Of a DNA stretch of 64,000 nt, positions 35,850 through 45,982 are shown piece after piece. The stretch is from contig VXYT01000105.1 of NCBI GenBank assembly GCA_009845855.1, positions 944 through 64,943 on the forward strand. The letters are read 5' to 3'. Positions within the stretch are counted from its first letter, which is position 1; each line of letters starts with the position of its first letter. The position numbers and the translations under genes are program-made. Source of the stretch: Candidatus Palauibacter ramosifaciens. GTDB lineage: Bacteria > Gemmatimonadota > Gemmatimonadetes > Palauibacterales > Palauibacteraceae. Below the pieces are notes generated by a model. That model saw nothing but the letters and a program-made list of their open reading frames with translations. It was not told where the DNA came from and did not search any database.

Positions 35850-37438
35850 CGCCGGCCGACGTGTCCCAGCACGCCGAGAATGGCCGCCCGGTCAACCTTC
35901 CCCACGCCGGTGAGCGGCATCTCCTCCACGAGCGCGATGCGCCGGGGGTGCGCGTACGCGGGTCCGCGCTCGAGCGTGTAGCGCTTGAGCGATTCGGCCG
36001 TGGCCCTCGCCTCCGGCCCGAGTCTGACCACCGCGGCCGGGACCGCGCCCTTGAGGGCGTGGGGCACGGGCACGACAGCCGCCTCGCGGACATCAGGATG
36101 GGACAGCAGCAGGTCCTCCACCTCCTTGGGATAGATGTTCTCGCCGCCCGAGTTGAACATGTCGTCGGTGCGGCCGCGGAAGTAGTAGAAGCCCTCCCCG
36201 TCGCGGAAGAAGAGGTCGCCCGTGGCGAGCCAGCCGTCCCGGATCCGGGCCGCGTTGACCGCGGGCAGGTTGTGATAGCCGGTCGTGACGCCGGGATTCC
36301 GAACCCACAGCTCACCGTACTCCGGATCTTCGCGGCCGTCGCGCACGAGCCTGATCTCTCCCTCGGGCCACGCCGTACCGCAGCTTCCCCTCGGAGTCGG
36401 ACGTCCGTCGCGCGCAGGCCCGATCATGACCGGTCCGCCCTCTGTGAGCCCGTAGCTCTCGCCGACTTCAACGCCGAACGCGCGCTCGACCGCGTGCATC
36501 AGTTCGGGCTGCACCGGGGCGGATCCCAGCGTGACCTTCCGGAGCGCCGAGAAATCCAGCTCCGCGATCAGGTCCATGCGATCCAGGATCATCGCGAACA
36601 CGGCGGGGACGGCCCCCACCTGCGTACACCGGTACTCGCTGAGGGCCCGCAGGAAGGATTCCGGGGAGAAGCCGGGAAGAACGACGACCGAAGCCCCGGC
36701 CTGCAGCAAGGGCTTGATGGCCCCGGCCATCGCGTTCTTGTGGTAGAGGGGCACGGCGACGAGCGCCCGGTCGCCCGGGGCGGCGGGCCAGTACTTCCGC
36801 AGGCACCGCACCCACCAGAGCTGCCCTTCGTGGGAGAGGACAACGCCCTTGGGCTTGCCCGTCGACCCCGACGTGTAGGGCTGGAAGGCCGGGTGGCCGG
36901 CGCCGAGCCTCGGAGGGTCGAACCGGGCCGGTGATCCCCCGAGCGCGCGCTCGTAGTCCAGCCACTCGGCGCTGCCTGGTTCGAGCCTCCGGCCGGCCCC
37001 GCCGACGTCCCACCTTGTCTCGATTCCCGACTGTTCGACGACCGCGGCCGAGCGCTCCGTGACGGCGGTCTCGACGAAGGCGGCCCGGCAGGCCGCGTCC
37101 CGCACGATGTGGGCGAGCGACGCCGCCGACAGCTTGAAGTTGAGGGGCACCGGGACAGCCCCGCAGCGCATCCCGCCGAAGAGGATTTCGACGAACTCGA
37201 AGCGGTTCCCGACACTCAGCGCAAACCGGTCGCCGGCTCCGATACCGGCATCCGAGAGCAGGTTGGCCACGCGATCCATCCGCTCGTTCAGTTCGGCGTA
37301 GGTGACCTCGCGGGGGACGGGACGTGAAAGGTCGATGAGCGCGACGCGGCCGGGGAAAGCCTCGGCCGCTTCGCGGAGCCAGTATCCGAGGTTGGCATCG
37401 CGGCCGCGGGAACCGTCGGCCCGCCCGGCGCCGCTCAC
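35846..37438 (-). CDS. AMP-dependent synthetase/ligase (acyl-CoA synthetase family)
   Basis: YTSGSTGKPKGV AMP-binding motif; GYG-TE...; GTGA-type start at 37438. Confidence 0.8.
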   Translation of the reverse strand: MSGAGRADGSRGRDANLGYWLREAAEAFPGRVALIDLSRPVPREVTYAELNERMDRVANLLSDAGIGAGDRFALSVGNRFEFVEILFGGMRCGAVPVPLNFKLSAASLAHIVRDAACRAAFVETAVTERSAAVVEQSGIETRWDVGGAGRRLEPGSAEWLDYERALGGSPARFDPPRLGAGHPAFQPYTSGSTGKPKGVVLSHEGQLWWVRCLRKYWPAAPGDRALVAVPLYHKNAMAGAIKPLLQAGASVVVLPGFSPESFLRALSEYRCTQVGAVPAVFAMILDRMDLIAELDFSALRKVTLGSAPVQPELMHAVERAFGVEVGESYGLTEGGPVMIGPARDGRPTPRGSCGTAWPEGEIRLVRDGREDPEYGELWVRNPGVTTGYHNLPAVNAARIRDGWLATGDLFFRDGEGFYYFRGRTDDMFNSGGENIYPKEVEDLLLSHPDVREAAVVPVPHALKGAVPAAVVRLGPEARATAESLKRYTLERGPAYAHPRRIALVEEMPLTGVGKVDRAAILGVLGHVGRR

Positions 37439-37656
37439 TCGTCGGACCGCGAGGGGCGCGCGAGCACGGCGATGCAGGCGACCGTGGCGCCGCAGCCGAC
37501 GACGACCCACGTCCAGCCGCCGCCCCCGCCCGTCCGCATGACCGACGAGACGCCCCACAGCGCCACCGCGTTCGCGACCAGGTTGAGAACGAGTCCCCAG
37601 ACCCGCCCCGACCAGGGTCCGACCCGTCGTGCGAGAAGCCGGTCCACGGCGCTCAT
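37435..37656 (-). CDS. small membrane protein
   Basis: 73 aa with two hydrophobic helices; start overlaps the mntH stop. Confidence 0.3.
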   Translation of the reverse strand: MSAVDRLLARRVGPWSGRVWGLVLNLVANAVALWGVSSVMRTGGGGGWTWVVVGCGATVACIAVLARPSRSDE

Positions 37657-38993
37657 CACCACCACCCCAGCCGATTGAAGACGTACGTGACGGCGATCGC
37701 GTTGAGGAGGGTCACTTGGAGCAGGATCCCGAGGTTCCACAGGTAGGACCGACAGCGGTCAGCGCCGAGGAGTTCCCGGTCGTTCAGCAGGAGGTACATC
37801 GACCATCCGACGACGTTGTTCGCCAGCGAGAGAAAGGCCGCGATCGCGATCACGAGCCACACCGGACGGGCATTCCAGGCGGCCAGGAAGGCGACCTGCG
37901 GCAGCAGCGCACTGACCCTCCAGCGCCACGACGACGTGTCGGGCTCCCAGCCGAAGGCCTCGTGGACGGCCATCGCCCCCGCCAGGCTCATCCCGACCGT
38001 CGTCGTGATCGGCACGGCCAGAAAACCCGCGTAGAAAAGGATCTGCGACCACGTGGGTCCGAGGAGCGGCATGAGGGCGGCCGCCAGTTCGGGCGCCGAG
38101 TCGGGGGTGACCCCCTGCGGAAACAGCGTCGCCGCGAACACGCCGATCATCAGAAAGTTGATGACGACGAACGGTACGAAAAGCCCGGCGATGAGGTCGA
38201 AGCGGGCCAGCGATTCGTGTTTCCGCCCCCAGCCCCGGCCGAGTCCCGCGTAGTGGAAGAAGACCCAGTCCATGACCCCGACGGCGGCGGCGGACGACGC
38301 GATGAAGAGGTCCAGACCCTCCCCGCCTCCGGGCAGCCACGGCACGAAGAAGCCGCGCGCCGCCGCGCCCCAGTCGACGCCCACCAGCAGCAGCACGGCT
38401 CCGAACGCGAGGATCATGACGGCGATGCCGCTCTTCATGACCGCCTCGACGAGCCGCGTCCCCCGGCCTCCCCGGCGCCCGTAGCTGAGGATGAGCGCGC
38501 TCGTGACCCCGCAGTAGAGGAGCCAGTTGTACTCGGCGGGGAACGTGAAGCCGGCAAACGGCGCCAGCGACTCGATGAGATGGGTGCCGAGCGCGACCTG
38601 GCCGAAGTTGAAGATCACGGCGACCGCGGCGGTGCCGACGAGGCCGGTCATCAGGGACCCGATGACCCATGAGTGGCGCCGGTTCTGTGTCGGAATGACG
38701 CGGAAGCCGCCCCGGCAGGTGAAACGGGCCATCGCGGCCATCATGAAGAGGCCCAGCCCCGCACTCAACCAGATGAGCCACAGGGTGCGGTAGCCGAAGG
38801 TGGCGCCCGACAGCATCGAAGCCGTGAGCGTGCCGGCACCGAGCGTGAGCGCCGCCCCCATGAACCCCGGCCCGGCCAGGCGGGCGTAGCCACCGAGCCT
38901 GCGGTGCCACGGCGCGTCGGCGAGCTGTGCCATCCGGTCGGCTTCGGCATCCAGGACCGCCCGCGGGATCTTGCGGGCGATCGGATAGTTCAC
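37656..38993 (-). CDS. mntH: NRAMP-family divalent metal (Mn2+/Fe2+) transporter
   Basis: About 11 TM helices; DPGN-like N-terminal region GPGFMGAALTLGAGTL and MPH-like region. GTG start overlaps the upstream TGA; an alternative ATG lies at 38933. Confidence 0.75.
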   Translation of the reverse strand: MNYPIARKIPRAVLDAEADRMAQLADAPWHRRLGGYARLAGPGFMGAALTLGAGTLTASMLSGATFGYRTLWLIWLSAGLGLFMMAAMARFTCRGGFRVIPTQNRRHSWVIGSLMTGLVGTAAVAVIFNFGQVALGTHLIESLAPFAGFTFPAEYNWLLYCGVTSALILSYGRRGGRGTRLVEAVMKSGIAVMILAFGAVLLLVGVDWGAAARGFFVPWLPGGGEGLDLFIASSAAAVGVMDWVFFHYAGLGRGWGRKHESLARFDLIAGLFVPFVVINFLMIGVFAATLFPQGVTPDSAPELAAALMPLLGPTWSQILFYAGFLAVPITTTVGMSLAGAMAVHEAFGWEPDTSSWRWRVSALLPQVAFLAAWNARPVWLVIAIAAFLSLANNVVGWSMYLLLNDRELLGADRCRSYLWNLGILLQVTLLNAIAVTYVFNRLGWW

Positions 38994-40000
38994 GGGGTCA
39001 GAATCGATTTTCCGAATACGGCGCGCTCCATGAGTTCGCGCATCGCCGCGCGGCTCTCGTCGATGGGCCTGACGGCGTGGATGACCGGGTCGAGTTCGCC
39101 GCCCGCCACCATGTCGAGCAGCCGCGCCAGCCCCTCGCGGCTCCAACCGTCCGATCCGATGATCGACTGCTCGAAGCTCCAGATGTAACGGATGTCCGTG
39201 CGCGGGTCGTAGCCGGCGGTGGCCCCGCAGGTAACCATGCGGCCCTGGAAGCGCAGCGCCTTCAGGCTGGCGGCCCACGTGGTCCCGCCGATGTAGTTGA
39301 TCACGGCGTCCACGCCTCCGGCGTCGGGATCGTGGTAGCGGGGCCGGCCCGCGATCGCCCGCACTTGGCGCACCAGTTCGGCGGAGTCGGAGGGCAGCAC
39401 GTGATCCGCCCCCAGCGCGCGGAGCCGTTCGAGCTTCCAGCGCGAGCCTCCGGTGGCGATGATCCGCGCCCCGGTTCGCTTGCAGAGCTGGACGCAGCCA
39501 CAGCCCACGCCGCCCGTCGCCCCCAGGATCAGCACCGTCTCGCCCGGTTGTATCCGGGCGCGGTCCTCGATCATGCGCAGGGCGGTCCCGTACGCGACGG
39601 GCAGGGCGGCGGCCTGCTCGAACGAAACGCCGTCGGGAACCGACAGCAGATTCCCGAGGGGGACGGCGAGGTACTCGGCGGCCGCGCCCGGAGCCTTCTC
39701 GCCCAGCATGCCGCGGCCCTCGATCAACGGGTCGATCAGCACGCGGTCCCCGACCCGCCGTCCGGCCGCGTCCGTCCCGGGTCCGAAGCCGGCGATCTCT
39801 CCCGCCGCGTCGCCACACGGCGTCATGGGGAGCGGGACTCGCAGCCCCGTCGTGCCGCCCAGCATCATCGGATCGAAACCGTTGAGCCCGCAGGCCCGGA
39901 TCCGGACCAGGGCTTCCCCGGGCGCGGGTTCCGGGTCGGGGACCTCGCCCACGTAGAGTTGGTCGGCGTCGCCGTGGGCGTCGTAGAGGACCGCCTTCAC
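38990..40000 (-). CDS. zinc-type alcohol dehydrogenase/quinone oxidoreductase (MDR family)
   Basis: VKAVLYDAHGD...EVP.P.PG.GE.LVRI.A.GLN and GATGGVGCG nucleotide-binding motifs. GTG start abuts the repeat element. Confidence 0.8.
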   Translation of the reverse strand: MKAVLYDAHGDADQLYVGEVPDPEPAPGEALVRIRACGLNGFDPMMLGGTTGLRVPLPMTPCGDAAGEIAGFGPGTDAAGRRVGDRVLIDPLIEGRGMLGEKAPGAAAEYLAVPLGNLLSVPDGVSFEQAAALPVAYGTALRMIEDRARIQPGETVLILGATGGVGCGCVQLCKRTGARIIATGGSRWKLERLRALGADHVLPSDSAELVRQVRAIAGRPRYHDPDAGGVDAVINYIGGTTWAASLKALRFQGRMVTCGATAGYDPRTDIRYIWSFEQSIIGSDGWSREGLARLLDMVAGGELDPVIHAVRPIDESRAAMRELMERAVFGKSILTP

Positions 40001-40001
40001 A

Positions 40002-40191
40002 CTGGCAGTCCGTGGCAAAACCCTGCGTCGGCGCCGAGAGCGGCGAGGCGCTCGGCGGGGACCCCTCTGGGGAGAGGCGCGACGAGGGAGCATAGCAGGG
40101 CTGTGTGACCGAGGAGCAACGCAGAGCGTAGCGTTTCAGGCGAGATGCATTCGCCGCTCGAACGCAGCAGGGGTTTTGCCACGGGCTGCTA
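40002..40191. repeat. ~190-bp MITE/REP-like element, copy 2 (inverted relative to copy 1)
   Basis: Ends CTGGCAGTCCGTGGCAAAACCC ... GGGGTTTTGCCACGGGCTGCTA. Internal blocks GCGACGAGGGAGCATAGCAG and CGCCGCTCGAACGCAGC are shared with copy 1, with partial internal rearrangement. Confidence 0.7.
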
Positions 40192-40632
40192 GCCCACCAG
40201 GGACGAGTAAGTCCCGCGTCCGACGGCGCACAAGCGACCCTGGTCGTCGTGCACGTCGATGTCCGACACCGAGATCGTGCGGCCGAAACGCCGCAGACGG
40301 GCCGTGGCGAGCAGATAGGGGCCGGTGCAGGGACGGAGGTAGTCGACGCGCAGCGAGATGGTCGGCACCCCGCCTCCCGCTCGCACGGCGACGACCATGT
40401 CTCCGGCGATGTCGATCAGCGACGCGACCGGACCGCCGTGATATATCGTGCCGTCACCGCGCGTCAGCTCCGGTTGTTTTGCCATCCGGAGGACCGCCGT
40501 GTCTTCGCCCAGCTCCTCGAGCGTGACGCCGAGTGCGACGATCGCCTCCGAGTCGGCGAGGATGGACTCGATGAGAGACCGTGCGTCCGCATCCCGAACC
40601 CCGCCGGTCCGCGCCGCGCGGGACCTCGTCAT
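40189..40632 (-). CDS. PaaI-type hotdog-fold thioesterase
   Basis: 147 aa with GTIYHGGPVASLID...A. Only the C-terminal 147 aa of ORF 40189..42141 are credible. ATGA overlap with the upstream mrp gene. Confidence 0.6.
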   Translation of the reverse strand: MTRSRAARTGGVRDADARSLIESILADSEAIVALGVTLEELGEDTAVLRMAKQPELTRGDGTIYHGGPVASLIDIAGDMVVAVRAGGGVPTISLRVDYLRPCTGPYLLATARLRRFGRTISVSDIDVHDDQGRLCAVGRGTYSSLVG

Positions 40633-42356
40633 GGCGGCGGGAGAGCGCTCGTGAGCGGGGTACTCGCGTAGTAGAGGAGCAGGAAGAGGAGGAGCAGGAT
40701 GGCGACCCAGATGACGGAGGTGCCGGTAGGCCAGGTGCGACCCAGCACCCCCGTCGGGCCCATGTAGCGCCGGGCCGATCCGATCACGCTGCCGGCCACG
40801 GTCACGGTGCGCGCCGCGACGGCATCCCTCAGCCGCGACGCAACGCCCCCGGCCGCGAACGCCAGTCCCCTGCCGAAGCGGCGATAGAACCAGTCCGCGT
40901 CCAGGTTCGTCGAGGGCAACTCGTGCGGCTCCCGGTCGGTGAGCCGAAGCCACACGAAGGCGAGCACGGCGAAGAAGAGCAGCTGCAACTGGCTGATCAC
41001 GTGCGCGGAGGTGAACGGTTCGTACGTCACCTCGTACGGCAGGTTCGGATACAGGAACAGCGTCGGCCACGTCCCGTTGAAGACGCAGAGGAAGGCCGCC
41101 ATCCCCATCGCGATGAGCATGCTCGTCGGCGCCTCCTTCGTGCAGATCCCGGAATCCGGGCCGAAGAAGCCGTAGAACGGGATCTTGATCCCCGCGTGGT
41201 GGAGCACGCCGGCGGAGGCGAAGAGGAGGAAGAGCCACACGACATCGAGGTTCTGCTCCAGCGCGGCAGCCATCACCATCGACTTGCTCACGAACCCGCT
41301 GAACAGCGGGAAGGCGGAGATGGAGGCGGCGCCGACGACGCAGAGCGCCGCCGTCTTCGGCATGCTCTTGTAGAGTCCGCCCAGTTCGCTGCACTTCGTC
41401 GTACCGGTGCGATAGAGCAGCGCGCCGGTCGACATGAAGAGGAGTCCCTTGAAGAGCACGTCGTTGAAGGCGTGCGCAACGGCACCGTTCATGGCCATCT
41501 CGGTGCCGATCCCGACGCCGCACACCATGAAGCCGATCTGGTTGATCATGCTGTAGCCGAGCACCCGGCGCAGATCGTTCTCGATCACGGCGTAGAAGAT
41601 CGGGAACATCGTCATCACGACGCCGACGTAGATCAGCAGCTCCTCGCCCTGGTATCCCCGCGCCAGGGCGTAGACGGCGACCTTGGTCGTGAACGCGCTC
41701 AGGAAGACGGCGCCGCTGTAGGTGGCCTCGGGATAAGCGTCCGTGAGCCAGTTGTGGAGCAGCGGAAAGGCCGCCTTGATCCCGATCCCGAGCAGGATGA
41801 GGTTCGTGCCGAGCGCCCCGGTCTCCATGGGTCCGAACGCGACGGAGCCGGTGGTCCGCGCGTGGGCGATGATCCCGGCCAGGAGGACGACGCCGGATCC
41901 GACCTGCACCAGGAGGTAGCGGATCCCCGCCCGGTAGGAACGCTCCGTGCCCCGCGCCCACACGAGGAAGACGGAACTCAGCGCCAGGAGCTCCCAGAAG
42001 ACGAAGAGCGTGATCAGGTCGCCGGCCTGCACGGCGCCCACCGCGGCGCCCGCGTAGACGAGCGCCGAGACGTCCTCCAGCGCGCTTCCTCCGCGCCGCG
42101 CGAAGATGAGCCCGATGAAGGCCGCGATGTGGAAGAGCCACCCGAAGATCCGGCTCAGCCCGTCGATCCGGACGAGCGTCAGTTCGTACGAGAAGATCGA
42201 GATCTGCCCGAACTCCCCTTCTCCCAACGCGAGAAGGGCGGCGAGGCTCGCGGCGGGGAGGAGGAGGACCCAGCCGGTACGCGCGCGGCCCCGAAGGAGA
42301 GGCACGAGCAGCGCCCCGAGGATCATGACGGCGGCCGGAGGAAGGCTACCGATCAT
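40629..42356 (-). CDS. NuoL/M/N-family proton-pumping antiporter subunit (MrpA/MrpD-like)
   Basis: 575 aa with ~14 TM helices; motifs LLLLG.GIKAAFPLH.WL.DA..E and YSMINQIGFM. Confidence 0.8.
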   Translation of the reverse strand: MIGSLPPAAVMILGALLVPLLRGRARTGWVLLLPAASLAALLALGEGEFGQISIFSYELTLVRIDGLSRIFGWLFHIAAFIGLIFARRGGSALEDVSALVYAGAAVGAVQAGDLITLFVFWELLALSSVFLVWARGTERSYRAGIRYLLVQVGSGVVLLAGIIAHARTTGSVAFGPMETGALGTNLILLGIGIKAAFPLLHNWLTDAYPEATYSGAVFLSAFTTKVAVYALARGYQGEELLIYVGVVMTMFPIFYAVIENDLRRVLGYSMINQIGFMVCGVGIGTEMAMNGAVAHAFNDVLFKGLLFMSTGALLYRTGTTKCSELGGLYKSMPKTAALCVVGAASISAFPLFSGFVSKSMVMAAALEQNLDVVWLFLLFASAGVLHHAGIKIPFYGFFGPDSGICTKEAPTSMLIAMGMAAFLCVFNGTWPTLFLYPNLPYEVTYEPFTSAHVISQLQLLFFAVLAFVWLRLTDREPHELPSTNLDADWFYRRFGRGLAFAAGGVASRLRDAVAARTVTVAGSVIGSARRYMGPTGVLGRTWPTGTSVIWVAILLLLFLLLYYASTPLTSALPPP

Positions 42357-42657
42357 AGTAGTCCTCGTCCCGCATCACGCCCTTCCGGAGCGCCTTGGCG
42401 GTGTAGACGATCACCGTGTAGGCGAGGAAGCCGTAGACGGCGTAGAAGGGCGGCAGACCCTCCCAGTCGCGCTCGGGGTGGCGCAACTCGTGCCACCCCA
42501 TTCGCTGCTGCAGGAAGTTCACGAAGTCGAGCGCAAACAGCACGCCGCACACCACGATCAGGATCGCGATGAGGCGCTTCCAGCGCTTGGGATCGTCGAA
42601 GTAGTGCCGGCCCCGGTCATTCACCTTGCCGCCCGTGTCGTGCGTGTCTGCGGCCAT
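42346..42657 (-). CDS. small two-TM membrane protein within the mrp cluster
   Basis: 103 aa; charged N-terminus, then LIAILIVVCGVLFALDFV and FYAVYGFLAYTVIVY. Confidence 0.35.
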   Translation of the reverse strand: MAADTHDTGGKVNDRGRHYFDDPKRWKRLIAILIVVCGVLFALDFVNFLQQRMGWHELRHPERDWEGLPPFYAVYGFLAYTVIVYTAKALRKGVMRDEDYYDR

Positions 42658-42660
42658 GGC

Positions 42661-44118
42661 TTACCCTCCGCCCAGGGGAACGAGCAGGCGATACACATCG
42701 TCCGCGAAGAAGAAGAGGACGATGCAGCCGAGCGCCGTGAACGAGAGCGCCGCGACGCAGAACGCCGGCGCCTCCCTGAAGCGCGGCGGGTCCGAACCAT
42801 CGGCGGGCTTCGAGAAGAACGCCCGGATGGGGATCGGGACGAGGTACGCGATGTTCAGCAGCGAACTGACCATGAGGACCGCGACGAGGAGGATCTGGCC
42901 GGCGTCCAGCGCCCCGAGCGCCAGGTACCACTTGCTCCAGCTTCCGCCGAGGGGCGGGACGCCGATGACGCTGAGTGCCCCAATGAGGAACGCCGCCATC
43001 GTGATCGGCATCGCGCGGCCCAGCCCGCGCATGTCGCTGATCTCCGTCTTGTGCGCCGCGACGTAGATCGCGCCGGCGCAGAAGAAGAGGGTGATCTTGC
43101 CGAAGGCGTGCATCAGGATGTGCATGCTGCCGCCGACCACGCCCCAGGCGTTCGCGAGCGCCGCCCCGAGGACGATATAGGAGAGCTGGCTCACCGTGGA
43201 GTAGGCGAGGCGCCGCTTGAGGTTGTCCTGCGCCATGGCGACGAGCGAGCCCGCGATGACGGTGAACCCCGCGGCGTACATGAGCCACACGCTGATCCCC
43301 GTCGAGGTCAGGAGATCGAGGCCAAAGATGTAAATGACGACCTTCATGATCGTGAACACGCCCGCCTTCACGACCGCGACCGCGTGCAGGAGCGCGCTCA
43401 CCGGCGTTGGCGCGACCATGGCGGCGGGGAGCCAGCGGTGGACCGGCATGAGGGCGGCCTTCCCCGTCCCGAAGACGAAGAGCGCGAGCAGAACGAGGAG
43501 GACGCCATCGCTCGCCCGGCCGGCCAGGATCCCTCCGACGCGGAAGTCGAGCGTGCCTGCGACGACCCAGGTCCACGCCACCGCGAGGAGGAGAAACGCG
43601 ACGGATGTGCTGACGAGGATCCCCAGATACGTGCGGGCGCCCCTCATCGCCTTCGGCGTCCCGTGGTGCGAGACGAGCGGATAGGTCGAGAGCGTCAGCA
43701 CCTCGTAGAACAGGAACAGCGTGAGCAGGTTGCCCGCGAGCGCCACGCCCATGGCGGCGCTGATGGAGACCGCGAAGCAGACGTAGAACCGCGTCTGGTG
43801 CGCCTCGGCGTGCCCCCGCATGTAGCCGATCGAGTACAGCGAAGTGACGATCCAGAGCCCGGACGCCACCAGGGCGAAGAGCATGCCGAGGGGCTCCAGC
43901 CGGAGCACGAGGGAGAGGCCGGCGGGGAGCAGCCGCACCATGAGCACCCCGGGCATCTCGCCGGCAAGGACGTGCGGCACGAGCGACGCGACGAACCAGA
44001 AGAGCGCCACGCCGGTGGCGAGCGTGACGGCTTCCCGGACGTTGGGCCACCGGCCGAGCAGCGCGATGAGCACGGCGCCGGCGAGCGGGATCGCCAGCGC
44101 CCAGTACAGCGGGACCAT
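42661..44118 (-). CDS. NuoL/M/N-family antiporter subunit (MrpD-like)
   Basis: True start MVPLYWALAIPLAG at 44118; WLPAAMVAPTPVSALLHAV and YSTVSQLSYI motifs. Confidence 0.8.
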   Translation of the reverse strand: MVPLYWALAIPLAGAVLIALLGRWPNVREAVTLATGVALFWFVASLVPHVLAGEMPGVLMVRLLPAGLSLVLRLEPLGMLFALVASGLWIVTSLYSIGYMRGHAEAHQTRFYVCFAVSISAAMGVALAGNLLTLFLFYEVLTLSTYPLVSHHGTPKAMRGARTYLGILVSTSVAFLLLAVAWTWVVAGTLDFRVGGILAGRASDGVLLVLLALFVFGTGKAALMPVHRWLPAAMVAPTPVSALLHAVAVVKAGVFTIMKVVIYIFGLDLLTSTGISVWLMYAAGFTVIAGSLVAMAQDNLKRRLAYSTVSQLSYIVLGAALANAWGVVGGSMHILMHAFGKITLFFCAGAIYVAAHKTEISDMRGLGRAMPITMAAFLIGALSVIGVPPLGGSWSKWYLALGALDAGQILLVAVLMVSSLLNIAYLVPIPIRAFFSKPADGSDPPRFREAPAFCVAALSFTALGCIVLFFFADDVYRLLVPLGGG

Positions 44119-44123
44119 GCCGC

Positions 44124-45614
44124 TCACCGGAGCCCTCCGAGCACGGCCTCGGCCGCCTGCTCCGCCACGCCCGCCGAATACGCCGTATAGATGCCGAAGA
44201 AGACGGTCGCCCCGAGGAGCACCCAGGTCGGGACCAGCATCGAGACCGGCGCCTCGCGCGCCTCGCGCGCCCGCTCGCTCGGTTCGTGGAAGAAGGCGGT
44301 CTCGACCACGCGCCACACGTAGACGAGGGCCAGCAGCGAACTGAGGAGCAGGAGGACCGCGACGAGGACGCTGCCCTGTTCCAGCGCCGCCTCGATCAGG
44401 TACCACTTGCTGATGAAGCCGGCCGTCGCCGGGACCCCGATCAGGCCGAGGCCGCCCAGCGCCCACGCGGCCATCGTCCACGGCATCGCCCGCCCGATCC
44501 CGGCCATGTCATCGAGGTCGACGGAGTGCAGCCGCAGCATGATGCACCCCATTGCCATGAAGAGGCCGCCCTTGATGAGCGCGTGATTGAACAGGTGGAC
44601 GATGCCGCCCGTGAGCCCCGTCGCGGTCGCGAAGCTGATGCCGAGCACCATGTAGCCGATCTGCGCCACCGACGAGTAGGCGAGCATGCGTTTAACGTTG
44701 CGCTGGAAGATCGCCGCCGTGGAGGCGACGAAGATTCCGGCGAGAGCCAGCGGCATGAGCGCCCGCCCAAGTCCGAGCTGCTCGAAGGAGAACTCGAGGC
44801 CGAACACGCTGAACATGAAGCGCAGCAGGATGTAGACGGAGACCTTCGTGGCCGTGGCCGCGATGAAGGCGCTCACGATCGATGGTGCGTACGCGTAGGC
44901 GTTCGGGAGCCAGACGTGGAGCGGAAAGAGCGCCATCTTGAGCGCGATCCCGACCGTGAGAAAGCCGAAGGCGACGAGCGCGGTCCGCACCCCCTCCGCG
45001 GCGGGAAGCCGCGCCGCCATGTCCGCCATGTTCAGCGTACCGGTCATCTGGTACATGAGACCGATGCCGATGAGGATGAACGTGGCCCCGATCGTGCCCA
45101 TCACCAGGTACTGGAAGGCCGCGGGCAGCGCCTGCCGGCGGCCCCCGAGCGCGATCAGCGCGTAGGAGGAGAGCGCCGAGACCTCGAGGAAGACGAAGAC
45201 GTTGAACAGGTCCCCGGTGATCGCGATACCGAGCAACCCCGTAAGACAGAGGAGATAGAGGGTGCAGAAGAGATAGTGCCGGCTGGCCGGAATCTCGTCG
45301 CTGAGGCTGCGCGGCGCGTAGGTCAGGACGAGCGCCGCGATCCCGGACACGAAGAGGAGGACGAAGGCCGCCAGCGCGTCGACCCTGTACTCGATCCCCC
45401 AGGGCGCCGCCCAGCCCCCGAGCGCGTAGCTGATGACGCCCGCCTCGAGCACGTCGCCGAGCAGGGAGACTGAGACCAGGAAGGTGAGCCAGCACACGCC
45501 CGTCGCGAACGGGAGCACCAGCGAGCGCCGCCGCAGGATGATGCAGAGGGGCGCCGCGAGCAGCGGGATGACGACTTGCAGGACCGGCAACTGGGCCTGG
45601 ATCGCCTCCATCAT
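44124..45614 (-). CDS. NuoL/M/N-family antiporter subunit (MrpD-like)
   Basis: 496 aa; LPNAYAYAPSIVSAFIAATATKV and YSSVAQIGYM motifs. Confidence 0.8.
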   Translation of the reverse strand: MMEAIQAQLPVLQVVIPLLAAPLCIILRRRSLVLPFATGVCWLTFLVSVSLLGDVLEAGVISYALGGWAAPWGIEYRVDALAAFVLLFVSGIAALVLTYAPRSLSDEIPASRHYLFCTLYLLCLTGLLGIAITGDLFNVFVFLEVSALSSYALIALGGRRQALPAAFQYLVMGTIGATFILIGIGLMYQMTGTLNMADMAARLPAAEGVRTALVAFGFLTVGIALKMALFPLHVWLPNAYAYAPSIVSAFIAATATKVSVYILLRFMFSVFGLEFSFEQLGLGRALMPLALAGIFVASTAAIFQRNVKRMLAYSSVAQIGYMVLGISFATATGLTGGIVHLFNHALIKGGLFMAMGCIMLRLHSVDLDDMAGIGRAMPWTMAAWALGGLGLIGVPATAGFISKWYLIEAALEQGSVLVAVLLLLSSLLALVYVWRVVETAFFHEPSERAREAREAPVSMLVPTWVLLGATVFFGIYTAYSAGVAEQAAEAVLGGLR

Positions 45615-45982
45615 CGAGTCTCGTCCTGCGCCTGGATCTCATCCTCCTCGATCGTCTCGTACGCCTCGCGGATGCGCACGACGAGCGAGAGCGCGACCGA
45701 GGTCGTCGCCACGCCCACGACGATCGCCGTGAGGATGAGTACGCTGGGCAGCGGGTTGCTGTAGACCTCCAACCCTTCGGCCACGATCGGCGCCGTGCCC
45801 CCGCTGACCTTCCCGACCGTGATGTAGAAGAGAAAGACCGAGGTCTGGAAGATGTTGAGCCCGATAACCTTCTTGATGAGGTTACCGCGCGAGATGACGA
45901 TGTAGAACCCCGTCATCATCAGGAAGATGACGACCCAGTAGTTGTAGAGGCCGAGGACGGAGTCGACGAGGGTCTCGGTCAT
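45611..45982 (-). CDS. mrpC: Mrp antiporter subunit C (NuoK-like)
   Basis: 123 aa with three TM helices. Confidence 0.7.
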   Translation of the reverse strand: MTETLVDSVLGLYNYWVVIFLMMTGFYIVISRGNLIKKVIGLNIFQTSVFLFYITVGKVSGGTAPIVAEGLEVYSNPLPSVLILTAIVVGVATTSVALSLVVRIREAYETIEEDEIQAQDETR

